Assembly: GCA_964415885.1 (NCBI GenBank)
Contig: CAYQCE010000003.1
Span: 922-64,921, forward strand
DNA: 64,000 nucleotides
Direction: 5' to 3'
DNA from: an uncultured Ignavibacteria bacterium
GTDB taxonomy: Bacteria > Zixibacteria > MSB-5A5 > JAABVY01 > JAHJOQ01
Under the pieces are notes generated by a model. That model had not been told where the DNA came from, did not search any database, and saw only the letters and a program-made list of their open reading frames with translations. A program made the position numbers and the translations under genes. The stretch's first letter is position 1, and the number at the start of each line of letters is the position of its first letter. Of the stretch, positions 48,375 through 57,843 are shown piece after piece.

Positions 48375-50204
48375 TCAATCGACGAGCCACGGAGCGACCT
48401 TGCGAAGCGCTTCAGCGTGCTCTTTAGCCCCATCGAGATCGCCGTAATCCTTGAGCGATCTATAAAGCGTGTAGCGAGTCTCAACCTGCAGCGGGTTCAG
48501 CTCGAGAGCGCGTCGGAAATAGTAGAGCGCTGAATCTGCCTCGTTCGTCTGGAGGAAGCTGAGGCCGGTGAAAAACTCAAGGACTGGAAAGTCGTGTCCA
48601 CACATCTTTGCAGCCTTCTGAAAGTGCTCGATAGCTTGTGACATATCTCCACCGGAAGCCGAGGCATATATATTCAAACCATCATGAACGTGATCGGCAA
48701 ACGACAGGTCGCTCAAGACCTCATTCGAATCCGCGAAATCGCCGGTTTTCTTCCAAACAAGCTTCATTTCGGTTCCGCCCATGAGAAAACCGAGCGTCGA
48801 GTAGTTCCTGCGGAAATGAGAATTGAGCACCAGAGCCCGCTCCGCGGGTGCCGAGGGCTTCTGTCCGGTAGAAAAGAGTATATAGTCGGGACGCTGATCG
48901 AGAAGGTACTTCGTATTGAAGTTGCGTTCCTTCCACGTTGTCTTCATGCCCTCAATTTTCTCGGGGTTCTTCGCTATCTCAGGATCGGTGAGCCCGAGCA
49001 TATCGATGATCTTCTTCCCTTTCAGTACATATGATACCTTACCGATCGTTGTCGTGGCGAGCGAGAAGCGCGATCGGTCTACACGCTTCAGATTCTCCGC
49101 CATGAATGTCATCTTGTTCAGGAAACTTCGCTCGACAAGCCTGGTCTGTAGAATGTAATCCTTCGGGATGATCAGACTCCAGGCAAGGTATCCGACTACA
49201 ACCAAACTCGCCACAAGCTGCACGACCCTGCTGCCACTTCGCTCGATAACCAGGCGATACAACGCATAGGTCATGATGCCGAAGAGCATCGGCAGGACGG
49301 GCAGGAAGAACCTATGCACTTTCAGGACATCCCCGCCTACCAGTATGATGTAAACTGTATAGATTATGGATGCGAGCCACAGGAACTTGACTTTGTTCGG
49401 CATTGACTTCAAGAACGCGAAAGGAAGCAAATAGAAGATACCGAACAAGCCGTAGTGATATGCGAACCGGGTGAAGTACTCGATTCCGCTGTTTAGATAC
49501 TCGATCGACATGCCGGTCTTGGCATAAAATGGATTGGGCAGCAAATCGCCAAAGTAGTAGATCTTGAATATGGCGTACGGGATCAACAGCCCAGCATACA
49601 TTCCCGCATAGACCGCGAGTGATCGAATTGCATCCCTCTTAACGAGTATTCGATAGATGAGAATTATCCCGAACAACAACCCACCCTCGGGCCTTGTGAG
49701 GGTTGCGATCACAAGCAATGCCGGCTGGACCGAAGGCCGCTTGAACTCAGCATAGATCGAAAGCGTGACCAGGAAGACGAAAAGTCCGGTTTCGAGACCG
49801 CCTATCACCCAGTAAGCAAGGGCGCCGTTCGCAGCGAGAAACGCAGGTGCGGCGAATGGAATCAGCCACCTCCTGCTGTCGCCAAAATCTCGGCAGATTT
49901 GATATGCGAATACGAGTGTCAGCGCTCCGCTCGCCACTCCCAGCAATTTCGACGTGGCAATGATGGAAAAACCCATCATGGAAGCGAGCGATAGAAGCAG
50001 TATCCAGAGGAAGTTCGTATAGCCCTCGACTCGCTCGCCGTAATTGAATACCAGTCCGTGGCCGCTCTGGAAATTCTCCACATAGCGATAGGATATGTAG
50101 GCGTCATCCTGAGTGAAGCTGAGCGAGACGGAGTGGAACACAAATGCGGCGACGATCACAAGCAGCAGTATTAGTTCCTGTATCTTGAATTCCCGTTCGG
50201 CCAT
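48375..50204 (-). CDS. GT-C-like polytopic membrane glycosyltransferase with C-terminal TPR
   Basis: DDAYISYRY, GERVEGYT, GLET, LTRPEG, LPNPFYAK, RFFLP, IDMLGLTD; about 10 TM helices; TPR at the end. Confidence 0.7.
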   Translation of the reverse strand: MAEREFKIQELILLLVIVAAFVFHSVSLSFTQDDAYISYRYVENFQSGHGLVFNYGERVEGYTNFLWILLLSLASMMGFSIIATSKLLGVASGALTLVFAYQICRDFGDSRRWLIPFAAPAFLAANGALAYWVIGGLETGLFVFLVTLSIYAEFKRPSVQPALLVIATLTRPEGGLLFGIILIYRILVKRDAIRSLAVYAGMYAGLLIPYAIFKIYYFGDLLPNPFYAKTGMSIEYLNSGIEYFTRFAYHYGLFGIFYLLPFAFLKSMPNKVKFLWLASIIYTVYIILVGGDVLKVHRFFLPVLPMLFGIMTYALYRLVIERSGSRVVQLVASLVVVGYLAWSLIIPKDYILQTRLVERSFLNKMTFMAENLKRVDRSRFSLATTTIGKVSYVLKGKKIIDMLGLTDPEIAKNPEKIEGMKTTWKERNFNTKYLLDQRPDYILFSTGQKPSAPAERALVLNSHFRRNYSTLGFLMGGTEMKLVWKKTGDFADSNEVLSDLSFADHVHDGLNIYASASGGDMSQAIEHFQKAAKMCGHDFPVLEFFTGLSFLQTNEADSALYYFRRALELNPLQVETRYTLYRSLKDYGDLDGAKEHAEALRKVAPWLVD

Positions 50205-50246
50205 TGCGCCTCAAAGATACTCATTCGAACAGGGTGCGCAACTATG

Positions 50247-50275
50247 AAAAAAAGGCGCGGCTCAAGCCACGCCTT
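50247..50275 (-). terminator. Intrinsic terminator after the galT-like gene
   Basis: AAGGCGTGGC-TTGA-GCCGCGCCTT followed by a U-run on the minus strand. Confidence 0.75.
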
Positions 50276-50301
50276 GAAAACTCATTTCTTGTGCGCTGAA
50301 T

Positions 50302-51336
50302 CTACCTCGCCGACGCACTCTGTGTGGCCATGCTGGCGACAGTATCAATCTCATTCAGGAAGTCCGCCGCCTGCTCGGGCGGAGTCGGGTTGATATAAAA
50401 ACCGGTACCCCATTCGAAACCCGCAATCTTCGTAAGCTTGGGAAATATCTCCACGTGCCAGTGGTATTCCTTCTCACTTCCCTCGATCATCGGTCCGGAG
50501 TGGACCATGTAGTTGAACGGCGGATCATTCAACGCGAGTTTCAGCTTCAGCAGAACCTCCTTGAGAAGCGACGCAAACCCGGCGTAGGTGGCATCACTCG
50601 ATTTGTCAAAGTGGGTGACGTGCTTCTTGGGGATAATCCACGTCTCGAACGGGAATCTCGCCGCAAACGGCTGAATCGCAACCATCTCCTCGTTCTGACC
50701 GACGACGCGCACTCCCTGCTGCAACTCCTGCCGGACAATGTCGCAAAAGATACAGCGTTCCTTGAAATCGTAGTATATCCGCGAGCCTTTCATCTCCTCG
50801 AGAACACGCTTGGGAATGATTGGCGTTGCAATTAGCTGGCTGTGAGCATGTTCGAGCGACGCACCCGCCGCTTCACCCTGGTTTTTGAACAACATGACGT
50901 AACGAAAGCGGATGTCATTCCGCAGATCCGCCATGCGCATCCGGTAGGCATCGATCACCATTTCGATCTCCGGCACGGACAAGTCGACGAGATCGAGGTG
51001 ATGATGAGGCGTCTCGATGATGACCTCGTGAGCGCCGATGCCGTTCATCTTGTCGAACATACCCTCGCCTTCGCGATTCAGATCACCCTCGATCTTGAGT
51101 GCAGGATACTTGTTGGCGATCACTCTCAGCGTCCAGCCCGGCTTGTTCGCTGCGGACCTGTCGGGTCGAACTCCGAATATCTCCGGAGGGGTAAGATGTT
51201 CGTTTCCCGGGCAGAACGGACACATTTTGGGGTCACGGGTCTTCGGCGGGCTAGCAAAGTCCGAAGGACGCTTTCCTCTTTCGGTCGAAATAATAACCCA
51301 TCTTCCGAGGATGGGATCTTTTCTTAGTTCAGGCAT
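50302..51336 (-). CDS. galT: Galactose-1-phosphate uridylyltransferase / ADP-glucose phosphorylase family
   Basis: ELRKDP, CPFCPGNE, NKYPAL, HEVIIE, GASLEHAHSQ, CIFC, YHWH, AGFEWGTG. Confidence 0.85.
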   Translation of the reverse strand: MPELRKDPILGRWVIISTERGKRPSDFASPPKTRDPKMCPFCPGNEHLTPPEIFGVRPDRSAANKPGWTLRVIANKYPALKIEGDLNREGEGMFDKMNGIGAHEVIIETPHHHLDLVDLSVPEIEMVIDAYRMRMADLRNDIRFRYVMLFKNQGEAAGASLEHAHSQLIATPIIPKRVLEEMKGSRIYYDFKERCIFCDIVRQELQQGVRVVGQNEEMVAIQPFAARFPFETWIIPKKHVTHFDKSSDATYAGFASLLKEVLLKLKLALNDPPFNYMVHSGPMIEGSEKEYHWHVEIFPKLTKIAGFEWGTGFYINPTPPEQAADFLNEIDTVASMATQSASAR

Positions 51337-51436
51337 CTATCTCTCCCATTGCCCTGTTGTCAAACCGGTGATGTCGGCATATCCATACTCTATCTATCGT
51401 CATTCGCACTCAATAGGTCAACCAACAAAAATTGAA

Positions 51437-52723
51437 TCATCCGAATCGGGCACGTCTCTCATCTGCAGAGTTGTCGAATATCATCTTAAACAGCTTCTCA
51501 TCCAGATTACCGAATTCAACTTCTCGTCGTTCCATGACCGTCTTCGCAGTATCGACAGCTTTTTCCAGTTTATACTCCGTGAAGCTCCCGGAGCTGCCCC
51601 AGCTAAACGGCGGAACATACTTGTCTGCAACCAGTCCTGCGCCAAATACATTGCTCGCAAATCCTATCACGATTCCAGTATTGAGCATAGTTCCGATGCC
51701 CGTCTTGACATGGTCGCCGACAAACGATCCCGCTTTGACAAGTCCCGTATCTTCCTGACCGTCGCCGAGATCAACCCGAATCGTCCCGTAATTGTTCTTG
51801 AGGTCCGAATTCGTTGTCATCGCTCCGAGATTCACCCACTCACCGAGATATGCGTGTCCGAGGAACCCGTCGTGAAACTTGTTCGAGTGACCGAGTATGA
51901 CTGACTCCTCAAGTTCCCCGCCGACTTTGCAGACGGGTCCGACCGAGCAGCCTTCCCGGATTTTCCCGCCGACTATCCTGCTCTTCTTTCCGATGTAGCA
52001 CGGCCCCTGGACAAAACTGTGGGGTTCGATATGCGCTTCGGCATCAATGAACACGGGGCCCTCACGGGCGTCGATAACCACTCCCGCGTCCACACGCGAC
52101 TTCTTGCCCAGCAGGATTCGATCATCCCGGTAAAGCGCGATGCGTTCATCAACAATAGCGACTTCATCTACCAGCCGTCTGTCGGCATTGGTCACTAGCC
52201 GTTCGAAATCACCCTCGATCTGCGACGGGTTGAGTGCTATGAAATCCCATATCTTGCGGACCTCGCAAATCTCTATGTCTTCCCGTGGCAGCTTCTTCAG
52301 AATTTCCTTGAAATGCCCGTAACCCCAATATTGCATCGCCTGGAGATTAGTTGACTCGGAACTCTCCGGCGTAAGCACCGCTGCTGCAAGGTTGCCATCT
52401 TGAAGGTATAGCATCGATTTCTCTGCGGCCTTTAGACGGGATACGATATCGAAATCAGGCAGATAGCGGCCATTTATGAACACGCTCGCTGTATCGCTGA
52501 TTCCTTTGAAGCTGTTGCAGGGGATATTGGTCTTGAGAGCCGTGATTGCCGCAAGATCGCCGCGAATGCAGAAACGCCCTGCGTAACCGTCGAAATAGGA
52601 GAACCATTTCTGATAAATAAGATCTATGCCGAGGCGAAGCTGATAGACGGCACGATTGACAGTGAGTGGATGGAAGTTCTCGTAGTTGTCATCCTCGAAT
52701 ACGTAGATATACGGACCAGCCAT
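51437..52723 (-). CDS. Putative sugar nucleotidyltransferase with hexapeptide repeats (GlmU-related)
   Basis: FED...F.PLT..R.V..LR.G, INGR, SNK.HDGFLGHAYLGEWVNLGA.T.NSDLKNNY. Confidence 0.8.
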   Translation of the reverse strand: MAGPYIYVFEDDNYENFHPLTVNRAVYQLRLGIDLIYQKWFSYFDGYAGRFCIRGDLAAITALKTNIPCNSFKGISDTASVFINGRYLPDFDIVSRLKAAEKSMLYLQDGNLAAAVLTPESSESTNLQAMQYWGYGHFKEILKKLPREDIEICEVRKIWDFIALNPSQIEGDFERLVTNADRRLVDEVAIVDERIALYRDDRILLGKKSRVDAGVVIDAREGPVFIDAEAHIEPHSFVQGPCYIGKKSRIVGGKIREGCSVGPVCKVGGELEESVILGHSNKFHDGFLGHAYLGEWVNLGAMTTNSDLKNNYGTIRVDLGDGQEDTGLVKAGSFVGDHVKTGIGTMLNTGIVIGFASNVFGAGLVADKYVPPFSWGSSGSFTEYKLEKAVDTAKTVMERREVEFGNLDEKLFKMIFDNSADERRARFG

Positions 52724-52757
52724 CTTAAAAGCCCTTCGAGTTATCGCCGTGGTAGAG

Positions 52758-54254
52758 TCAGATTATCCTGAAATAGTCGATGAGCGCGCAGCGTCTCGGT
52801 CGTGTGAAGGTCGATGCCTTCGTTATGCCCTCGCCGGTAGTGCCGGCAATCGTCATTGTGGTATGCCCCTCGCCACCGAATCCGAGCCCCGCGTAGTTCG
52901 GGCCATTCTTGACGAAGATGTTTCCACCGCAAATCTGTGCCATTTTGGACAGGTTGGCTACGCTCGTTGAGTGCATGACGAATGTGTGGTGGAACTGATG
53001 CTCAACAATAACGGCCTTCTCCATCGCCTCATCCACGTTCTTGCATCGCACGACTGGTAATATAGGCATCATCTGTTCGGCCATGACCATTGGATGGTCC
53101 CACTCGGCATCGAAGAATAGCAGCTTTACGCCGGGTGGAGGCTTGATATCAAGACGTTCGAGGATCTCGGAGGCGTTCTTGCCGATGAACTCACGCTGCA
53201 CCTGCACGTGCCTCAGGCCGCGTCCCTTCTTGTCCTCCTTCACGACAAGCTTCACCATCCGATCGATTTCGGTACCGGTCAGTTCATAACCGCCGTTCAT
53301 CGCCATCTCACGCTTGAGTGGATTGATTACCGGATCAACTGCGAAGACTTCCTTTTCGTCGGTGCACATGATGTTATTATCGAACGACGCGCCATCGATT
53401 ATATGCTTCGCCGCACGCGGAATAATCGCTGTTTCGTCTACCACAACAGGCGGATTCCCCGGGCCAGCGCATATCGCCCGCTTACCGGAGGTCATCCCGA
53501 GTTTCACAACCTCTCCACCACCGGTAATCACGAGCAAGTCGATGCCTGGATGCTCCATCAATGCGCGGGCTTTCGCCTGAGTCGGCTCATCGATTACATT
53601 AATGAGATGCTCCGGCCCACCGGTCTCGATTATTGCATCGGAGAGCAACTTCGCGGTCTTAATGCAAACATTCTTTGCAGCAGGATGAACAGCGAAGACA
53701 CATGAGTTACCGGCTGATATCATCGAAATTGAATTATTGACAACTGTCGAAACCGGATTAGTCGACGGAGTTATCACGCCGATTACTCCAAAGGGTGCTG
53801 GCTCGATGAGAGTGAGTCCATTGTCACCTGAGAACGACTCGGGGCGAAGATCCTCCGGTCCCGGTGTCTTCCGGGCCTGTAGCTCGATCTTGAGCATCTT
53901 GTCCGGCATCCGTCCCAGCCCGGTCTCGCTCACAGCCTCCCTGCCAAGCTCCTCGGCAAACTGCAGAATGACTCTGCGCATCGCGGCGATAAGATATCCG
54001 CGCCTCTCAAGTCCAAGGTCCAACAGCTTTCTCTGCGAAATCCGTGCGGCCTCGGTCGCCTGGTCCAGAGACTCGTATGCAACCGATCCGAAAGAGCGCT
54101 GTTTCGTGTCAGAAGGTGAGACGAAACACGTCGGACCGTCCGGCGCAACCCGCTCTCTGGGCTCAGGAGACACCGCTTGCGTAACGGTGGAACCGTACCC
54201 CAGTTCCTTCAGGACTTCTTCGACTATTCTGTTTACCTGATTATCGTCCGTCAT
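52758..54254 (-). CDS. CoA-acylating aldehyde dehydrogenase (EutE/PduP-like) with N-terminal encapsulation peptide
   Basis: ETGLGR..DK..K, PFGVIGVITPSTNP, AGPGNPP, FDNNIMCTDEKE, EQMMP, IAGTTGEG; N-terminal VNRIVEEVLKEL followed by a linker. Confidence 0.88.
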   Translation of the reverse strand: MTDDNQVNRIVEEVLKELGYGSTVTQAVSPEPRERVAPDGPTCFVSPSDTKQRSFGSVAYESLDQATEAARISQRKLLDLGLERRGYLIAAMRRVILQFAEELGREAVSETGLGRMPDKMLKIELQARKTPGPEDLRPESFSGDNGLTLIEPAPFGVIGVITPSTNPVSTVVNNSISMISAGNSCVFAVHPAAKNVCIKTAKLLSDAIIETGGPEHLINVIDEPTQAKARALMEHPGIDLLVITGGGEVVKLGMTSGKRAICAGPGNPPVVVDETAIIPRAAKHIIDGASFDNNIMCTDEKEVFAVDPVINPLKREMAMNGGYELTGTEIDRMVKLVVKEDKKGRGLRHVQVQREFIGKNASEILERLDIKPPPGVKLLFFDAEWDHPMVMAEQMMPILPVVRCKNVDEAMEKAVIVEHQFHHTFVMHSTSVANLSKMAQICGGNIFVKNGPNYAGLGFGGEGHTTMTIAGTTGEGITKASTFTRPRRCALIDYFRII

Positions 54255-54403
54255 AAAGGGACCGACCTCCCTGCTAAAGTAAGACTTAATCTATGAAAGA
54301 TGAACGTGCACGGCAAGCAAAATGTCTGCAGCAGCAGCATGGATCGAGGTGGGCCGGGAACGGATTCTCCCGGCACGACTGACAGGGTATGTGGAAGCTG
54401 AGT

Positions 54404-54706
54404 TTAGTCGTCGAACAGACTGTCCCAGGCCTCTTTCTTGCCCTCCTTCGTCTTGGGGGGAGCCTTTTTAATCAGGTGGATGAACCTCGGACGGTAGTAC
54501 TCGCAGAAATTCGCCTTCTCCTTGTAGCGAACCCACTCAGCCACAGCCGACTCTTTGCACTGATGGAAAGCTGCCTTGTCGTAATGGAGGCAGTTGAAGC
54601 AAGCCTTGATTGGAGAACTGCACTTGGGGCACTCGTCCTTGCGAGTCGGCTTCTCATCGACCTCGATCTCTTCCTTGCAGTTCCAGCAAGTGATTAGATT
54701 AGTCAT
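54404..54706 (-). CDS. Cys8 putative zinc-finger protein
   Basis: CWNC, CPKC, CFNC, HQC, NFCEY; probable start at ATG 54706. Confidence 0.75.
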   Translation of the reverse strand: MTNLITCWNCKEEIEVDEKPTRKDECPKCSSPIKACFNCLHYDKAAFHQCKESAVAEWVRYKEKANFCEYYRPRFIHLIKKAPPKTKEGKKEAWDSLFDD

Positions 54707-54888
54707 TGCTCTATCAATCCAGATTAAGTTGTAAATGAAATGTGAAAGCCCTTTTTGAATCCAAAGTCGGACGGAACGGACAGCCTCATTCACCGACAGC
54801 CTCTATCAGATATACTGACGGCGCCCGTGGATGTTCCGGACGGCCGTCAGCTAAAACTGAGTCAAACTAAATCGATGCGAGGTGTGCC

Positions 54889-55173
54889 TTACTCACCTTC
54901 CGGCAATCCGCTCGGAAAGATGTCATGCACGTTTGCATGAGGACGCGGAATGACATGCACGCTGATCAATTCGCCGATCTTCTGAGCAGCGGCGGCACCG
55001 GCATCAGTGGCGGCCTTGCAAGCCGCAACGTCACCGCGAATCAACGCTGTAACATATCCGCCCCCAACCTTCTCATAAGCAACCAACTGAACCTTGGCTG
55101 CCTTAACCATGGCATCGGAAGCTTCGATGAGGGCCACCAGACCCTTCGTTTCGATCATTCCTAAAGCTTCCAT
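54889..55173 (-). CDS. Bacterial microcompartment hexamer shell protein (BMC-H, EutM/PduA-like)
   Basis: [33 protein letters not shown]. Confidence 0.95.
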   Translation of the reverse strand: MEALGMIETKGLVALIEASDAMVKAAKVQLVAYEKVGGGYVTALIRGDVAACKAATDAGAAAAQKIGELISVHVIPRPHANVHDIFPSGLPEGE

Positions 55174-55210
55174 GCACTCCTCCTTCTACCCTAGTGGTGC
55201 TTTTCCGATG

Positions 55211-55239
55211 TATATACTGGCTGCGAAATTCAATGTCAA
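55211..55239 (-). promoter_or_regulatory. Sigma70 promoter for BMC-H
   Basis: TTGACA-N17-TATATA. Confidence 0.6.
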
Positions 55240-55247
55240 ACAAAATC

Positions 55248-55928
55248 TTAAGCGCTTCTAACCGCCGCAATTTTCCCCGAGGCATAGAGGAAAGGTGTGT
55301 CTATGAGCGCCACTATTATCTTCAAAACGTAGGTTGTAACAACTATCTGAATCAGCACACTCATCTCGAAAACGCCCAGGAACGCTATCGCCGTGAAGAC
55401 CACCGAATCGACCAACTGACTAACCCATGTCGACAGATTATTGCGCAGCCAAAGATACTTTCCGGCAGTCCTCTCTTTCCAGAACAGAAACGACCAAATG
55501 TCGTGATGCTGGCTTATAATGTAGGCAACGAGGCTTGCCACCACGACGCGCGGCATGACCCCGAACAACTCACGCAGATGACCGATCATGAAATCGGACT
55601 CATCGGGCGTAAAGTGAATGGCAAATTGCATCGCAATCGTGGCCCACACGAGGGAATAGAAGCCGATCCAGACTCCACGTCTGGCCTCTCTTCGACCATA
55701 ATGCTCCGATAGAATGTCGGTTGCGAGGAATATTGAGGAGTAAACAATGTTCCCGAGAGTTGCAACCATCCCGAAAAGTTCTACAGTTACCACAACCTGA
55801 ATATTGCAAATTATCCCCGAGCAGGCGATTACGGCATACAGACCGTTCTTGCCCCAGAGCCTGAAAGCGAGCAGGACCGCGGACAGATCGAATAGAATAA
55901 ATATCAGCCAGAGCAGTTCGTTGGGCAT
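55248..55928 (-). CDS. Queuosine precursor transporter (YhhQ/VUT family)
   Basis: FLATDILSEHYG, ASLVAY..SQ..D, LWLRNN.ST..SQ.VDS, DTPF.Y. Confidence 0.88.
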   Translation of the reverse strand: MPNELLWLIFILFDLSAVLLAFRLWGKNGLYAVIACSGIICNIQVVVTVELFGMVATLGNIVYSSIFLATDILSEHYGRREARRGVWIGFYSLVWATIAMQFAIHFTPDESDFMIGHLRELFGVMPRVVVASLVAYIISQHHDIWSFLFWKERTAGKYLWLRNNLSTWVSQLVDSVVFTAIAFLGVFEMSVLIQIVVTTYVLKIIVALIDTPFLYASGKIAAVRSA

Positions 55929-56066
55929 ATCTCCTCCGTGATGCTTGAATCAAATCCGAGACGCCCGGCATGTCAACTCGTTTCTCTTCGTGCTTCGAGC
56001 GGACAAAAAGCATTTGCACGTCCAAGCTCGATTTTTATATTTAGGGTTCTAATCGAAAGGACTGAG

Positions 56067-57356
56067 ATGAAAATACTCGTAGTCGGTTCAGGCGGCAGAG
56101 AACACGCGATCTGCTCGAAACTATCACAATCCAGGCTCGTGCAGAAAATCTACTGTGCGCCCGGAAACGCGGGGATCGCGGAAATCGGTCAGTGTGTCGA
56201 TATCGGCGCCAACGATATCTCGGCGCTCGTCGATCTGGTCAAGAAGGAAAACATCGACTTGACTGTAGTTGGGCCGGAGGAACCTCTGACCCTCGGTATC
56301 GTCGATGAATTCGAGGAACAGGGGCTGCGGATTTTCGGACCACGCAAGGAGGCCTCGATGATTGAGGGCTCCAAGGCGTTCGCCAAGGAATTCATGAAGC
56401 GGTACCATATACCGACTGCGCCGTTTAAGATATTTGAAGATCGTGAGGAAGCGATCGCGTTCAGCAGCGAGACACGTTATCCGCTCGTGATCAAGGCCGA
56501 TGGACTCGCCGCCGGAAAGGGTGCAATCATCGTCGATAATGTCGAGCAGGCGAACAACACGATCAACAAGATGATGGTGGACAAGGTCTTCGGCGAGGCC
56601 GGCAGCAGAGTCGTCATCGAAGACAAGCTCGTCGGCGAAGAGATCACTGTGATGGCGTTCACAGATGGCGAGCATATCCTCCCGATGCTCCCCGCGCAGG
56701 ATCACAAACCAGCGTTCGACGACGACAAAGGCCCGAATACCGGCGGAATGGGCGCCTACTGCCCAGTGCCCTTCGTACCGGACAGCATGATGGTCGATAT
56801 CTACGACCTGATTCTCGAACCAGTGGTACGTGGGCTCAAAGAGGACGGCCGCACGTTCAAAGGTATCATATACGCGGGACTGATGGTAAATGAACGAGGC
56901 CCGAAAGTGATCGAATTTAACTGCCGTTTCGGCGATCCCGAGACGCAGGTAGTCCTGCCGTTGCTCCGAAACGATCTCGCCGAGATATTCATATCTATAG
57001 TGGACAATAATCTCAATTTAGAAGATCTCGTCTGGCGTGATCTCTATTCGGTCTGTGTGATTCTGGCATCGGAAGGATATCCGAAAAGCTATGAGAAGGG
57101 TAAAGAGATCAAGGGGCTTCCGAAGAAAGCCGACGATCGCAGACGCTTCGTTTTCCACGCCGGGACATCCCTGACAGACAACCGGATCGTGACATCGGGC
57201 GGTCGCGTACTGGGCGTGACAAGCCTCGACGTCAACCTCCACGATGCGATAGCTGGGGCCTACGAACTCGTTGAACAGATTGGCTTTGAGGGCGCATTCC
57301 ACAGGTCTGATATCGGACAGAAGGCCGTGCGCCGTAGAGGCAAGATAACCAAGTAG
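56067..57356 (+). CDS. purD: Phosphoribosylamine-glycine ligase
   Basis: MKILVVGSGGREHA, EGSKAFAK, KADGLAAGKG, GPNTGGMG, EFNCRFGDPE, GGRVL. Confidence 0.96.
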   Translation: MKILVVGSGGREHAICSKLSQSRLVQKIYCAPGNAGIAEIGQCVDIGANDISALVDLVKKENIDLTVVGPEEPLTLGIVDEFEEQGLRIFGPRKEASMIEGSKAFAKEFMKRYHIPTAPFKIFEDREEAIAFSSETRYPLVIKADGLAAGKGAIIVDNVEQANNTINKMMVDKVFGEAGSRVVIEDKLVGEEITVMAFTDGEHILPMLPAQDHKPAFDDDKGPNTGGMGAYCPVPFVPDSMMVDIYDLILEPVVRGLKEDGRTFKGIIYAGLMVNERGPKVIEFNCRFGDPETQVVLPLLRNDLAEIFISIVDNNLNLEDLVWRDLYSVCVILASEGYPKSYEKGKEIKGLPKKADDRRRFVFHAGTSLTDNRIVTSGGRVLGVTSLDVNLHDAIAGAYELVEQIGFEGAFHRSDIGQKAVRRRGKITK

Positions 57357-57367
57357 AGGAACCTCCT

Positions 57368-57829
57368 ATGAAGAGCAGTGTATTAATTATGGCGGGTTCG
57401 AAGTCGGATGCCGACGCTGTAACCCGCTGCGAAGAGTACCTGAACAAACTCGGCATTTCATTCGAAACCGAGTACAGTTCCGCCCACCGAGACCCGGACA
57501 GGACATCGCAATTAGCTAAGGAGGCCGAATCGAAGGGCTTTTCCGCAGTAATATGCCTCGCCGGGATGGCGGCCGCATTACCAGGAGTTGTAGCCGGACA
57601 CACATCGCTTCCAGTGATTGGAGTACCGCTCGACGGATCCCCGTTGAACGGATTCGACTCTCTCCTGTCTATAGTGCAAATGCCCCCGGGTGTGCCGGTT
57701 GCCACTGTTGCGGTCGGAAAAGCCGGTGCGGCCAACGCTGCGGTCCTTGCCGCCAGGATACTGGCCCTCAAGGACGATGAGATTAAAAAGAACCTTGAGA
57801 ATTACATCAAAAGTCTAAGGAGTAAATGA
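57368..57829 (+). CDS. purE: N5-CAIR mutase
   Basis: GSKSD, SAHR, AGMAAALPG, PVIGVP, SIVQMPPGVPVATV. Confidence 0.95.
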   Translation: MKSSVLIMAGSKSDADAVTRCEEYLNKLGISFETEYSSAHRDPDRTSQLAKEAESKGFSAVICLAGMAAALPGVVAGHTSLPVIGVPLDGSPLNGFDSLLSIVQMPPGVPVATVAVGKAGAANAAVLAARILALKDDEIKKNLENYIKSLRSK

Positions 57830-57843
57830 AGGTAGGTAGACTT

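Noticed and set aside
55929-56066. preQ1 riboswitch upstream of the queuosine precursor transporter
   Set aside because: No recognisable aptamer; a TTGACA element sits close to the RBS, leaving little room for a leader.
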